Shown here: positions 1-9,256 of the stretch, piece after piece
Layout of the letters: each line of letters begins with the position of its first letter
Position numbering within the stretch: the stretch's first letter is position 1
Source: an uncultured delta proteobacterium
GTDB taxonomy: Bacteria > Myxococcota_A > Polyangia > Fen-1088
DNA: 64,000 nucleotides
Direction of reading: 5' to 3'
Assembly (NCBI GenBank): GCA_963767925.1
Contig: CAVYGB010000010.1
Span: 1,440,001 to 1,504,000 of the forward strand
Program-made: the position numbers and the translations under genes
The notes under the pieces: model-generated
Told to the model about the DNA's origin: nothing
The model's input: the letters and a program-made list of their open reading frames with translations, nothing else
The model's database searches: none

Positions 1-624
1 GGGGAGCTGGCCGGTCTTGACGTCGCGGCTGCCCTGCCCCGACAGATAGAGGGTGTCGCCCACCAGCACCGCCGGCGCGTAGGGCAGCTTGGGATTGGCC
101 GGCACGCCGGCCGGCTGGACCGCCTTGTGGGGCTTGCGCGAGGCGATGAAGGCCACCTGGAACCGGGCCCCGCCGGGCAGCGCCGGGACCGCCACGGTGG
201 TGCGCGCGGGCAGGTTCGACTTGAAGTAGCCCCGGTACACGCCGTTCATGGCGTCGAAGCTCTTGATGTCGGTGAGGTAGAGGTTGGCCTTCACGACGTG
301 CGAGAAGCCGAGGCGGGCGGCTTTCAGGATGCGGCCGGCGTTGTCGAGGGCGGCCTTGACCTGGGCCTCGAAGCTGTCGGGCAGCTTGCCGGTCTTCGCG
401 TCGGCCCCGGTCTGACCGGCGACGAACAGGGTGTCGCCGACCAGCAGGGCCGGGCTGGCCGGCGCGGCCTCGCCGGTCGCCGGCGCCTTGGCGGCGGCGG
501 GGCGGATCACCTTGCGGCCAGAGGCGGCGGGGGCAGCCTCGGCGGCGCGGGGGGAGAAGGCGTCGGCCAGGACCGCCAGGGCGAGCGTGGCGAGGACGAA
601 GGTGGGGAAGGCTGGGCGGGTCAT
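1..624 (-). CDS. RidA/YjgF family protein, tandem domains, N-terminal signal peptide (runs off window edge)
   Basis: Manual translation from ATG 624 (RBS GAGGAG): MTRPAFPTFVLATLALAVLA...GDTLFVAGQTG...FEAQVKAALDN...FDAMNGVYRGYF...PARTTVAV, then a second PYAPAVLVGDTLYLSGQG repeat. Confidence 0.85.
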   Translation of the reverse strand, partial: MTRPAFPTFVLATLALAVLADAFSPRAAEAAPAASGRKVIRPAAAKAPATGEAAPASPALLVGDTLFVAGQTGADAKTGKLPDSFEAQVKAALDNAGRILKAARLGFSHVVKANLYLTDIKSFDAMNGVYRGYFKSNLPARTTVAVPALPGGARFQVAFIASRKPHKAVQPAGVPANPKLPYAPAVLVGDTLYLSGQGSRDVKTGQLP

Positions 625-634
625 GGATGTCTCC

Positions 635-2272
635 TCATTCGGAACGGCGGCGGCCGCCCTGGCGGCGGCGGGCCGACCAGCGGGCGGCGAGGTATTCGCC
701 GAGGTCGAGCTCGCCGGACATCTTGTCCTGCTCCACCGTCCCGGTGAAGCCGTAACCGATGTTGTCCCCGTTTTCCCGGTAGAAGCTCTGCAGGCGCACG
801 AGGTTGCCCTCGATGCTCCCCTGCACGTCGCGGCCGGCGAAGTCGCCCTGGTGGGTGCCGGCCAGCTCGGCCCCCTGCTGGCGCAGAAAGAGGGAGTGGC
901 GCGAGCGGCTGCCGACGTATTCGATGTCCACGTCCCAGTGGCCGCTGAGGTCGGCCACCGGCGGGCGGGGCGCCTCGCGCGGGCGGGCCTTCTGGGCGCC
1001 GGCCAGGGTGGCGTGGATCCGGTTGGCCACGATCTTGGAATCCCCGGGCTGCATCATGTACGCCATGATGCCGATGCTGGTCTCGGCGCTCTCCATGGCG
1101 CGGCGGGCGCGACCGCCCCCGTCCTCCGAGAGGACGATGCGCGGCTCGCTCGTGAACAGCACGCGCGACACTTCCTGCCCGGTGATGCCCAGCTTGCGCG
1201 GGTCCCAGCTCAGGCGCAACGAGGGGCTGCGGTTGGACAGGCCGCGCGGCTCGGCCCGCAGATCGGCGGTGACCCCCTCGATGCTGGTGACCTTCTTGCT
1301 GATCTGCTCCATCCAGGAGACCCAGCGGTTCCACTCCGCCTTGTGGTCGCGCTTCATCCAGGTCTCGACCGCCACCAACATGCCGATGGCCTCTTCCTTG
1401 CCGACCTTCATGGCCCGGCCGAAGCCGTGGTGGGGGGCGCTGTGCACCCAGGCCGCCCGCACCAGGTCCTTGCGTCCCAGCAGCAGGCCCGCGCACTGCG
1501 GTCCGCGCAGGCACTTGCCCCCGCTGTAGCCGACCAGGGCGGCGCCCCGCTGCAGGTGCACGTTGGGGACGGTGAGGATCTCGGCGGCCGCGTCGACGAA
1601 CACCGGCACCTTGCGGGGGTTGGCCAGGCGGGTGATCACGTCGAGCGAGAGAGGGCCGTTCTCCGAGCGATCGCCGGCCAGCACGTAGACCATCGCCGTG
1701 CGCGGACCCAGCGCCGCTTCCATCTCTTCGGGGGTCTCCACCTCGACGACCCGCACGCCGACCGCCCGCACGGCGGCGTCGTACACGTTGCGCGAGTAGC
1801 CGGGGATGATCACCTCGTCCTTGTCGAAGCCGGCCAGGTTGGGCAGGCGGACGTGGCGGTCGGGGTTGGCCCCCGCCACGCAGGCGGCGGTGGAGTGGGA
1901 GATGGCTGCGGCGCAGCCCGAGGTGACCATGCCCCACTCGGCGCCAGTGAGCGTCGCCAGCCGGCGCCCGATGCCCTCCATCAGCTCGTCGAGCTGGACG
2001 AAGTGCTGGGCGGCGGCCTCCTTGGCGGCGCGCACCTCGGGCAGCTCGAGCGAGCCGCCGATGATGGTGTGGGTCCCCTTGCAGTTGATCACGGGTCGGA
2101 CCCCGATCGACTCGAAGATGCGCGAGCCGACACGCACGCCGGCCGAGGGGGTGGCAGCGCTGGCGGACTTTCCGCTCAGGACGCCGGGCAGCGCCAGGAG
2201 GGCGCCTCTCTCGAACAACTTACGCCTGCTTATTCCGCGCACTGGGTGCTCCGTTCTGATCGCTAACCACAC
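635..2272 (-). CDS. SelA/DgaE-like PLP-dependent enzyme with Tat-like leader and C-terminal extension
   Basis: GVRPVINCKGTHTIIGGS, VTSGCAAA, VFVDAAAE, YSGGKCLRGPQCAG (PLP lysine), GRAMKVGKEE; SRRKLF twin-arginine motif; start uncertain. Confidence 0.8.
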   Translation of the reverse strand: MWLAIRTEHPVRGISRRKLFERGALLALPGVLSGKSASAATPSAGVRVGSRIFESIGVRPVINCKGTHTIIGGSLELPEVRAAKEAAAQHFVQLDELMEGIGRRLATLTGAEWGMVTSGCAAAISHSTAACVAGANPDRHVRLPNLAGFDKDEVIIPGYSRNVYDAAVRAVGVRVVEVETPEEMEAALGPRTAMVYVLAGDRSENGPLSLDVITRLANPRKVPVFVDAAAEILTVPNVHLQRGAALVGYSGGKCLRGPQCAGLLLGRKDLVRAAWVHSAPHHGFGRAMKVGKEEAIGMLVAVETWMKRDHKAEWNRWVSWMEQISKKVTSIEGVTADLRAEPRGLSNRSPSLRLSWDPRKLGITGQEVSRVLFTSEPRIVLSEDGGGRARRAMESAETSIGIMAYMMQPGDSKIVANRIHATLAGAQKARPREAPRPPVADLSGHWDVDIEYVGSRSRHSLFLRQQGAELAGTHQGDFAGRDVQGSIEGNLVRLQSFYRENGDNIGYGFTGTVEQDKMSGELDLGEYLAARWSARRRQGGRRRSE

Positions 2273-2516
2273 TGCGAGCGCGCAGGGCGGTCAAGGGTGC
2301 CGTCGTAAAAAGTCCGTGATCGGGGCGCGCTGAGCGGAAAAGTTTACCGAAGGGAGCAGAAATCCCGCAGCCGGCCGGGCAAAAGGCTGAGCCCGGGCCA
2401 GACGCGGGGCCGCGCCGGCGGCGACGATAACGCTTGGCCTCGCCGGCGTCTTGGCGTTTCATCCCTGACGCGACGACCGTCTTCCGGCAACCTCGTCCGG
2501 CGCACAGGAGAGACAG

Positions 2517-3311
2517 ATGAAGCAGCCGACCCGATCCCTCCCCCAGATGTTCTTCTTCGCGCTGGCGCTGATCGCCGGCGCGGCGGGCAGCCTGGCCTGC
2601 CGCTCGTCGGAGGCGGCCCAGGCCCCGGCGGCGGCCGAGGCGGCGCCCGGGCAGGCCGAGATCCTGGCCGAGCTGCGCAAGGCCAGCACGGGCAACGTGT
2701 CGGACGCGGTCGACGAGGCCACCGGCCAGCGCGGGTTCATGTTCCACGACATGAAGCCCGCCTACCGAAGCAAGCTGACCCGCAAGGTGGTGGGTCGGGC
2801 GGCGACCGCCCTGCTGCGCCCGGTGCTGAAGAACGACGGGCGCACCTACGAAAACGCCGCCCTGCAGGTGCTGGACGAGGCCGCCCCCGGCAGCGTGCTG
2901 GTCTACGTGCTGGAGAACGGCCTCGAGATCGCCGGGCTGGGCAACCTGATGGCGACGACGGCCAAGACGCGCGGTCTGGCCGGGGTGGTGATCGACGGCG
3001 GGGTCCGCGACGTCGACGAGGTGGAGGACATCGGCCTGCCGGTCTGGAGCCGCAGCATCACGCCGGCGACGTCGGTGGGTCGCTACGTGAGCGTGTCCAA
3101 GCAGCAGCCGGTCACCTGCGGCGGGGTGGTGGTGCGGCCGGGGGACTACATCATCGCGGACTGGACCGGCGTCGTCTCGATCCCGCAGGAGAAGATCGGC
3201 GACGTGGTCAAGCTGCTGCGCCAGTACGACGCCAAGGAGAGCAAGATGGTCGGCATCATCAAGGAGACCAAATCGATGCTCAAAGCCCTGGCGAAGTACA
3301 ATCGGTACTAA
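2517..3311 (+). CDS. RraA/HMG-aldolase family protein with signal/lipoprotein leader
   Basis: STGNVSDAVD, VVGRAAT, GNLMAT, GVVIDGGVRDVDE, VRPGDYIIADWTGVVSIP; RBS AGGAGA; leader ending SLAC. Confidence 0.85.
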   Translation: MKQPTRSLPQMFFFALALIAGAAGSLACRSSEAAQAPAAAEAAPGQAEILAELRKASTGNVSDAVDEATGQRGFMFHDMKPAYRSKLTRKVVGRAATALLRPVLKNDGRTYENAALQVLDEAAPGSVLVYVLENGLEIAGLGNLMATTAKTRGLAGVVIDGGVRDVDEVEDIGLPVWSRSITPATSVGRYVSVSKQQPVTCGGVVVRPGDYIIADWTGVVSIPQEKIGDVVKLLRQYDAKESKMVGIIKETKSMLKALAKYNRY

Positions 3312-3433
3312 AGAAATTGTCTCCAGGCGAGGCGGGCGGGTGGGTCGAGCGCGTCAGGGGGGATCGGAAAAAGCCATGTAAACGTTCCAAGCAGGCGTTG
3401 CTTGGGGGTTGCGGTTCCCGGTAGGGTACGCCC

Positions 3434-4768
3434 ATGGCGCGCGCTCTCACGCTTGGCTGGTTGGGTCCGCTGCTGCTCGGGGCTCTGGCTGCCTGTACGG
3501 CGGTCAAGGAGCACTTTCCGCCGGGGACGGAGCCGCTGCCCGACCCGAGCGCGGGATCTGGCGGATCGGTCGGGCCGGCTCCGGCGCCGGTGCCGCCGGT
3601 CGGGAGCACGCCGACGCCCTCCCCCAGCGGGCCGCCCGCCGGGACCGGGGGAGCGGCGCCGCCGCCGGTCGGCACGGTTCCGCCGCCGCCGGGCACCGCC
3701 CCGCCGCCGAACGTGGGCGGCGGGGGCGCCGGTGGCAACGCCGGCATGCCGATGCCCCCGGCCGGCATGGCCCCACCGCCGGGCACCGCACCTCCCGCGC
3801 CGCCTCCGGGCGTCGGAACGCCGGGCGGGCCCGGGGCGGCGACCGTCGAGATCGGGGGCCAGCAGGTCCCGGGCGACAAGGTCCTCGTGTTCATCCACAT
3901 CGGCCAGTCGAACATGGCCGGGCGGGCCCAGGAGCCGGCGTCGCTGTTCAACCATTTCATCTGGTACGGGCGGGGCCTGCCCAACGGGCGGCCGGATCCG
4001 CAGTTCGATCCCGATCCCCTGCCCTACGATCCGAAGATCTGGATGTTCGATCTGATGGGCAAGTTCATCCCCGCGCGCGAGCCGACCGCCAGCGACGAGT
4101 CGGACGAGGCGGGCGCCGGGCCGGGCATGGGCCTGCTGCGGGCGGCCCGGGCCAAGTGGCCCGACCACACGATCGTGTCGATCGGCCGAGGGCAATCGGG
4201 CCAGCGGGGCGGCTACTGCGCCCACTTCCTCGAGCGCAATCCGGTGACAAACCAGCCCTGGTCGACGGTCCCGCCGGTGCGCCAGAACGAGGCCGAGGGG
4301 GAGAAGCGCTACGGGTTTTACGACGAGGTGATCAACCGCCGGGCGCTCAAGCTCAAGGGCAAGGTCGTCTTCGGCGGCATCGTCGCCATGTTCGGCTCGA
4401 CCGAGGACCGACCGGGTGCCCCCGTCCCCAGCCCCCCGGCGGAGCCCTTCCTGTCCCAGTGCCTGATCAAGCTGGCCCAGACCTACCGCGAGGTGCTGGG
4501 CGACCCGAACATCCCGTTCATCATCACCGACTTCGAGCACGGGGCCGGTGAATACAGCTACAACGGCGCGCTCGGGCAGAAGGTGCGCCGGCAGGTGCGC
4601 CTGGCCCAGGGGATGATTCCCCGCAGCGAGATCCTCCCGACCGACGCCATCCAGATGCGGGACGACCACCACTACACCATGCAGGGGCACAAGACCTGGG
4701 GCGAGACCGCCGTCCAGATCATCTCCAGGAACGCCTGGGACACCTGGACCGCGCCGCCCGCGAACTGA
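3434..4768 (+). CDS. Lipoprotein, SGNH/sialate O-acetylesterase (SASA/CE6-like) domain after Pro-rich linker
   Basis: LAAC lipobox; IGQSNMAG motif; C-terminal DDHH (DxxH) motif. Confidence 0.75.
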   Translation: MARALTLGWLGPLLLGALAACTAVKEHFPPGTEPLPDPSAGSGGSVGPAPAPVPPVGSTPTPSPSGPPAGTGGAAPPPVGTVPPPPGTAPPPNVGGGGAGGNAGMPMPPAGMAPPPGTAPPAPPPGVGTPGGPGAATVEIGGQQVPGDKVLVFIHIGQSNMAGRAQEPASLFNHFIWYGRGLPNGRPDPQFDPDPLPYDPKIWMFDLMGKFIPAREPTASDESDEAGAGPGMGLLRAARAKWPDHTIVSIGRGQSGQRGGYCAHFLERNPVTNQPWSTVPPVRQNEAEGEKRYGFYDEVINRRALKLKGKVVFGGIVAMFGSTEDRPGAPVPSPPAEPFLSQCLIKLAQTYREVLGDPNIPFIITDFEHGAGEYSYNGALGQKVRRQVRLAQGMIPRSEILPTDAIQMRDDHHYTMQGHKTWGETAVQIISRNAWDTWTAPPAN

Positions 4769-4873
4769 AGCTGGCCCGGGCGACCCGGCCGCCTCGCATT
4801 GACCCTCGGCACGGCCAACCCGAGGCGAGGCGCGCGCTTCCCGGGGCGATGGAAAAGAGCGCCCGGCGGCGGG

Positions 4874-6079
4874 TCAGCAGAGGGGGCGGATGGTTCCCTC
4901 GAAGCGGGCGGGGGCGGCGGCGGTGGAGAAGGCGGGCGCCAGGCGGCGGGCCGCCTGCTGCAAGCTCGCGTCGGCGAGGGCCTGGCCGAGGGCGGCGCCG
5001 ACGGTGGCGCGGGTGGCCCGGCCGGCCCGGACGAGCAGGCCCGCCCCGGCGCGGGTGAGGGCGGCCATCGACAGGTACTGGTCGAGGTTGGAGGCGATGC
5101 CCACCACCGGGCGGCCCGCGGCCAGCGCCTGGTACGAGGTGGTGCTGCCGCCGTTGGAGACCACGACGTGGGCCCGGGCGGCCGCCGCGTCGCCGGGCAG
5201 GTAAGAGGCCACGTGGACCCCCGGGGGCAGCGGGCCGCGGGGGTGGTCCCGGCCGGCGGTGGCGACCAGCGCCTGGGCGCCGAGATCGGCGACCGCCGCG
5301 ATCACCGCCGGCAGCAGCTCGGCCCGGCCGGAGGAGCCCAGGGTGACGTAGACCGTGGGGCGGGCGGGGTCGAGGCCCTGCCACCAGGGGGGCGGGGCGA
5401 TGGCCGGCGCCCAGAGCACCGGGCCCAGGTGGTGGTGGTGGGCGGGGGCGTCGCGGGTGGGGACCACCTCGGGGAGGTCGGGGTGCAGGGTCAGGTCCCC
5501 GTGGCAGAGCACGGCCGGCAGGCTGCCGATCTCGGGCAGCCCGTGGGCGCGGCGCAGGCGGTTCACGGGGGCGGCGAAGTGGTCGAACACAACCGGCAGG
5601 GCCCGGGGAAAATAGCGGGCGGCCAGCCGCTCGCCCAGCAGGCGCACGATGGGGTGCTCGGGCAGGGGGAAGCCCTCGCGCTCGGCGAAGGGGCTCCAGT
5701 AGGCGTTGATGAGGGCGGCGTGGGGGATGCGGCGCAGGGGCGCCGCCACCGCCAGCGACAGGCGCAGGTCGCCGACGATCAGGTCGGGCTTCACGGCGTC
5801 GATCACGCGCAGGTCGTCCTGCAGGTAGCGGCGCAAGGTGCGCAGACCGTAGAGCCGGCGCCCACCCCGCACCCGGCGATCGATGAGCGCGGGCGATAGC
5901 GAGAAGAGCGGCCAGCGGGTGAAGTCGCCTGCCTGGAACACCAGGTCGTCGAAGTGGGCGGCCGCGAAGTGCACCTCGTACCGGTCGCGCGGCAAACTGC
6001 GGGCCAGCACCACCAGGCGCACCACCTGCGCCAGGGTGACCGCCTCGGAGACGAAGAGGATGCGGCGGCGCCGGGCCAT
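4874..6079 (-). CDS. GT1-type glycosyltransferase, likely carotenoid glycosyltransferase (CrtX-like role)
   Basis: ATG 6079 overlaps upstream TGA; VYVTLGSSG, VVSNGGSTTSYQALAAGRPVVGI..NLDQ GT-B motifs; last gene of crt operon. Confidence 0.8.
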   Translation of the reverse strand: MARRRRILFVSEAVTLAQVVRLVVLARSLPRDRYEVHFAAAHFDDLVFQAGDFTRWPLFSLSPALIDRRVRGGRRLYGLRTLRRYLQDDLRVIDAVKPDLIVGDLRLSLAVAAPLRRIPHAALINAYWSPFAEREGFPLPEHPIVRLLGERLAARYFPRALPVVFDHFAAPVNRLRRAHGLPEIGSLPAVLCHGDLTLHPDLPEVVPTRDAPAHHHHLGPVLWAPAIAPPPWWQGLDPARPTVYVTLGSSGRAELLPAVIAAVADLGAQALVATAGRDHPRGPLPPGVHVASYLPGDAAAARAHVVVSNGGSTTSYQALAAGRPVVGIASNLDQYLSMAALTRAGAGLLVRAGRATRATVGAALGQALADASLQQAARRLAPAFSTAAAPARFEGTIRPLC

Positions 6080-6732
6080 CAGCCGGCCGCGCCCGGCAGC
6101 GCGGCCAGGGTGGTCTTCACCCCGGGGTAGCCGAGCAGGTACCAGCGCCACCAGCCGGCCATCATGGTGCCGTGGCCGATGAGGATGAAGACGTGGCTCC
6201 ACATCTCGACAACGTCCGAGCGCCGGCTGAGGTAGCGGCGCCAGTGCATCGCCTCGTCGACCAGGCTGTAGATGAAGGACAGCGCGGTGAGCACGCCGGC
6301 CACCAGGGCCAGGCCGGTGCGCTGGGGGTAGGCGGCGATGAGGAACACGCAGGCCCCCACCCCGGTCGTGATGGTGACGTGGTGGACCAGGGCCTCGCCG
6401 CCGCGCAGGACCTCCTTGTAGACGGTGCGGTGGCCGATGGTGTCGACGGCGATGGCGACGGTGAAGATGGCGGCGCCGACCGGCAGCAGGTAGGCCTCGG
6501 CGGGGAAGACCGCGCCGGCGCGGGCGCCGAGGGCGAGGAAGGCCGAGCTGACGATGGCCAGACCGCCCATCACCCCCACCCAGGCCAGGTAGACCACCCA
6601 GTCGACCGGCTGGAACTCGCGAAAGCGGCCGAAGTAGATGCGCAGCGGACCGGGCCCGGATCGGACCGCGGGGCGGGAGGGGGCGCGGTGGGGGGCGTGG
6701 TGCGGGATCCGGTGGGGGTCGATGGCGATCAT
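6079..6732 (-). CDS. Uncharacterised polytopic membrane protein with repeated D-x3-H...E-x3-H motifs
   Basis: ATG 6732 overlaps crtB stop (ATGA); about 5 hydrophobic segments; DTIGH..EALVHH and DEAMH..EMWSH. Confidence 0.75.
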   Translation of the reverse strand: MIAIDPHRIPHHAPHRAPSRPAVRSGPGPLRIYFGRFREFQPVDWVVYLAWVGVMGGLAIVSSAFLALGARAGAVFPAEAYLLPVGAAIFTVAIAVDTIGHRTVYKEVLRGGEALVHHVTITTGVGACVFLIAAYPQRTGLALVAGVLTALSFIYSLVDEAMHWRRYLSRRSDVVEMWSHVFILIGHGTMMAGWWRWYLLGYPGVKTTLAALPGAAG

Positions 6733-7760
6733 GGGAGCGGCTCCGGCAGGTTCAGGAAGGGCAGCGGCAGCGGGCCGGGCAGCGACGGCCGCAAGCGGGC
6801 GGCCGGGCGGCGCGAGGCCCGCCGGTAGAGGGCCACGTCGAAGCAGGCCCGCGCGGCCAGGACCAGCTTGCGCCAGCGCGGGACCACCACCCGGGGGCCG
6901 GCCACGTCGCAGCCGCGGGCGGCGAGCCGCTGGCCGATGGCGCTGTAGATCAGGCGGGCGGCGCGCACGGCGATGGCCGAGCGGCCCGCGAGGGCGGCCA
7001 GGCCGGCGTCGCCCCAGCGGTAAAATGGATCGGCGGCGGCGAGCAGCGCGGGCACCGCCCCGCTGAGCAGGGCGGCCGACCCGGCGTCGAGGGGCCGGCC
7101 GGGCAGCAGCGAGGGGCCGGCGCGGCCGAGCGCCTCGAGCGGGATGTACATGCGCCCGCGCGCCCAGTCCTCGGCGACGTCGCGGGCGATGTTCGTGAGC
7201 TGCATGGCCATCCCCAGGGCGGCGGCGTGGCGGGCGGCCCGGGGGTCGCGGGTGCCCATCACCTGGCACATCATGAGGCCGACGGTGCCGGCCACCCGGT
7301 AACAGTAGAGGAGCAGCTCGGACCAGCTCTGGTAGCGGATGGGCAGCGGGCGGGCGTCCATGGCGAACCCGGCGATCAGCTCGTCGACGTGCTCGCGCGC
7401 GATGGCCCGCCGGACCACCACCTCCTGGAAGGCGGCCAGCATGGGATCGTCCTGGGCGGCGCCCGCGAAGAGGCCCCGAGCCTCCTCCTGCAGCAGGGCC
7501 ACCGCGGCGGCGACCTGCCCCGGGGCGGCCCCGTCGACGAGATCGTCGGCCCGCCGGCAGAAGGCGTAGACCACGGCGGCGTCGTCGCTGCAGCGGCGGG
7601 AGAGCAGCTTGCCGGCCAGGGCGAAGCTCTTCGAGCCCCGGGCCAGCGCGGCGTGAGCGTGGGCCCGGCCCGTGTCGGGCGGATGGTCGGGCGGCTTGTG
7701 GGCCGGGGCGGGGGTCGGCGTCCCGGCATGGGCCAGGGCGCCGGCGGGCGGGGCGCTCAT
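6729..7760 (-). CDS. crtB: Phytoene synthase
   Basis: GSKSFALA, YAFCRRADDLVD, YCYRVAGTVGLM, LGMAMQLTNIARDVAED..RGRMYIP. Confidence 0.95.
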   Translation of the reverse strand: MSAPPAGALAHAGTPTPAPAHKPPDHPPDTGRAHAHAALARGSKSFALAGKLLSRRCSDDAAVVYAFCRRADDLVDGAAPGQVAAAVALLQEEARGLFAGAAQDDPMLAAFQEVVVRRAIAREHVDELIAGFAMDARPLPIRYQSWSELLLYCYRVAGTVGLMMCQVMGTRDPRAARHAAALGMAMQLTNIARDVAEDWARGRMYIPLEALGRAGPSLLPGRPLDAGSAALLSGAVPALLAAADPFYRWGDAGLAALAGRSAIAVRAARLIYSAIGQRLAARGCDVAGPRVVVPRWRKLVLAARACFDVALYRRASRRPAARLRPSLPGPLPLPFLNLPEPLP

Positions 7761-9256
7761 GACAAATCCTCGAAGATGGTCCGGGCTGTCGCCTTGGCGG
7801 AGTTGACCACGCCCGGCACGCCGGCCCCGGGGTGGGTGCCGGCGCCGACGATGTACAGGCCGGGGATGTGCGGGTCGCGGTTGTGCGGGCGGAAGAAGGC
7901 GCTCTGCCCCAGGCGCGGGGAGACGGAGAAGGCCGAGCCCTGGAAGGCGCCCAGCTCGCTGGCGAAGTCGAGGGGGGTGAAGATCCGGCGGGTGACGAGG
8001 TGCCGGCGCAGGTCGGGCAGGGTCGGCTCGAGCGAGGCGAGGATGCGGTCGGCGTAGGCCTCCTTCTCCCGCTCCCAGTCGACGCGCGCGTTGCCCAGGT
8101 GGGGGACGGGCGCCAGCACGTAGAAGCCCTCGTGCCCGGGGGGGGCCAGCGCCGGATCGCTCACGGTGGGGGCGTGCAGGTACAGGCTGAAGTCGTCGGG
8201 CAGCGCGGGCCCGTGGAAGATCTCCGCCAGCAGCGGCTGGTAGCGGGGCCCGAACAGCACGGTGTGGTGGGCGACGCCCGGGTACTTGCGGTCGGTGCCG
8301 AAATACACGACGAACAGGGACATCGACCAGTCCATCTTCTCGAGCCGCCGGGCGGTGGCCGCCGCCGGCACGCTGCTCTCGAGCAGGCGGGCGTAGGTGT
8401 GGTGCAGGTCGGCGTTGGAGGCGACGAGGTCGAAGCGCTCCCAGCGCCCGCCGGCGAGCACCCGGTGGGCCGGCCGGCCCCCCTGGGGCTCGGGCAACAC
8501 GCGTTCGACCGGGGTGCCGAGGCGGAGGTCGCCGCCGAGGCGCTGGAACAGCCCGGCCAGCGCGCCGACCAGGGCGCCGGTCCCGCCCCGGGGGAAGTAG
8601 ACGCCCCAGCGCCGCTCGAGGTAGGGGATGAGGGTGTAGATCGCGCTGGTCTCGAAGGGGTTGCCGCCGATGAGCAGGGCGTGGAACGACAGCGCCTGGC
8701 GGACGCGCTCGTCCTTCACGAAGCGGGCGACGGTGGCGTAGACGCTGCGGTGGGCGCCCAGGCGGGCCAGCGCCGGCGACACCTTCACCATGTCGGCGAA
8801 GCGCAGGAAGGGCACGGCGGCCAGCCCCTCGTAGCCGGCCTGGAACACCTCCTGGCTGTAGGCCAGGAAGCGCTCGTAGCCCTCCACGTCCTGGGGGGCC
8901 AGCCGGCCGATGCGGGCCCGCATGCGCCCGGGATCGCCGTCGTAGTCGAGCGACGATCCGTCGGCGAAGGCCAGCCGGTAAAACGGCAGCACCGGCAGCA
9001 GCTCCACCCGGTCGGACATCGACTCGCCGGCCAGGGCGAACAGCTCCTCCAGGCAGCCGGGGGCGGTGATCACGGTGGGGCCGGCGTCGAAGGTGAAGCC
9101 GTCCTGCTGGTAGACGTAGGCCCGCCCGCCGGGGCGATCGCGCGCCTCGTAGAGCACGGTCTGCACGCCCGCCGCCTGCAGGCGGATGGCGAGGGCCAGC
9201 CCGCCGAAGCCGCTGCCCACCACCGCCGCCCGGCGGGCGCGCCCGGCCTCAGCCAT
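7757..9256 (-). CDS. crtI: Phytoene desaturase
   Basis: GSGFGGLA, PGGRAYVY..DGFTFDAGPTVIT, FRPHNRD, VGAGTHPGAGVPGV. Confidence 0.97.
   Translation of the reverse strand: MAEAGRARRAAVVGSGFGGLALAIRLQAAGVQTVLYEARDRPGGRAYVYQQDGFTFDAGPTVITAPGCLEELFALAGESMSDRVELLPVLPFYRLAFADGSSLDYDGDPGRMRARIGRLAPQDVEGYERFLAYSQEVFQAGYEGLAAVPFLRFADMVKVSPALARLGAHRSVYATVARFVKDERVRQALSFHALLIGGNPFETSAIYTLIPYLERRWGVYFPRGGTGALVGALAGLFQRLGGDLRLGTPVERVLPEPQGGRPAHRVLAGGRWERFDLVASNADLHHTYARLLESSVPAAATARRLEKMDWSMSLFVVYFGTDRKYPGVAHHTVLFGPRYQPLLAEIFHGPALPDDFSLYLHAPTVSDPALAPPGHEGFYVLAPVPHLGNARVDWEREKEAYADRILASLEPTLPDLRRHLVTRRIFTPLDFASELGAFQGSAFSVSPRLGQSAFFRPHNRDPHIPGLYIVGAGTHPGAGVPGVVNSAKATARTIFEDLS

Noticed and set aside
635..2272. 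True selenocysteine synthase selA
   Set aside because: No selB/selC/selD nearby; Tat-like leader and RidA context favour a DgaE-like lyase
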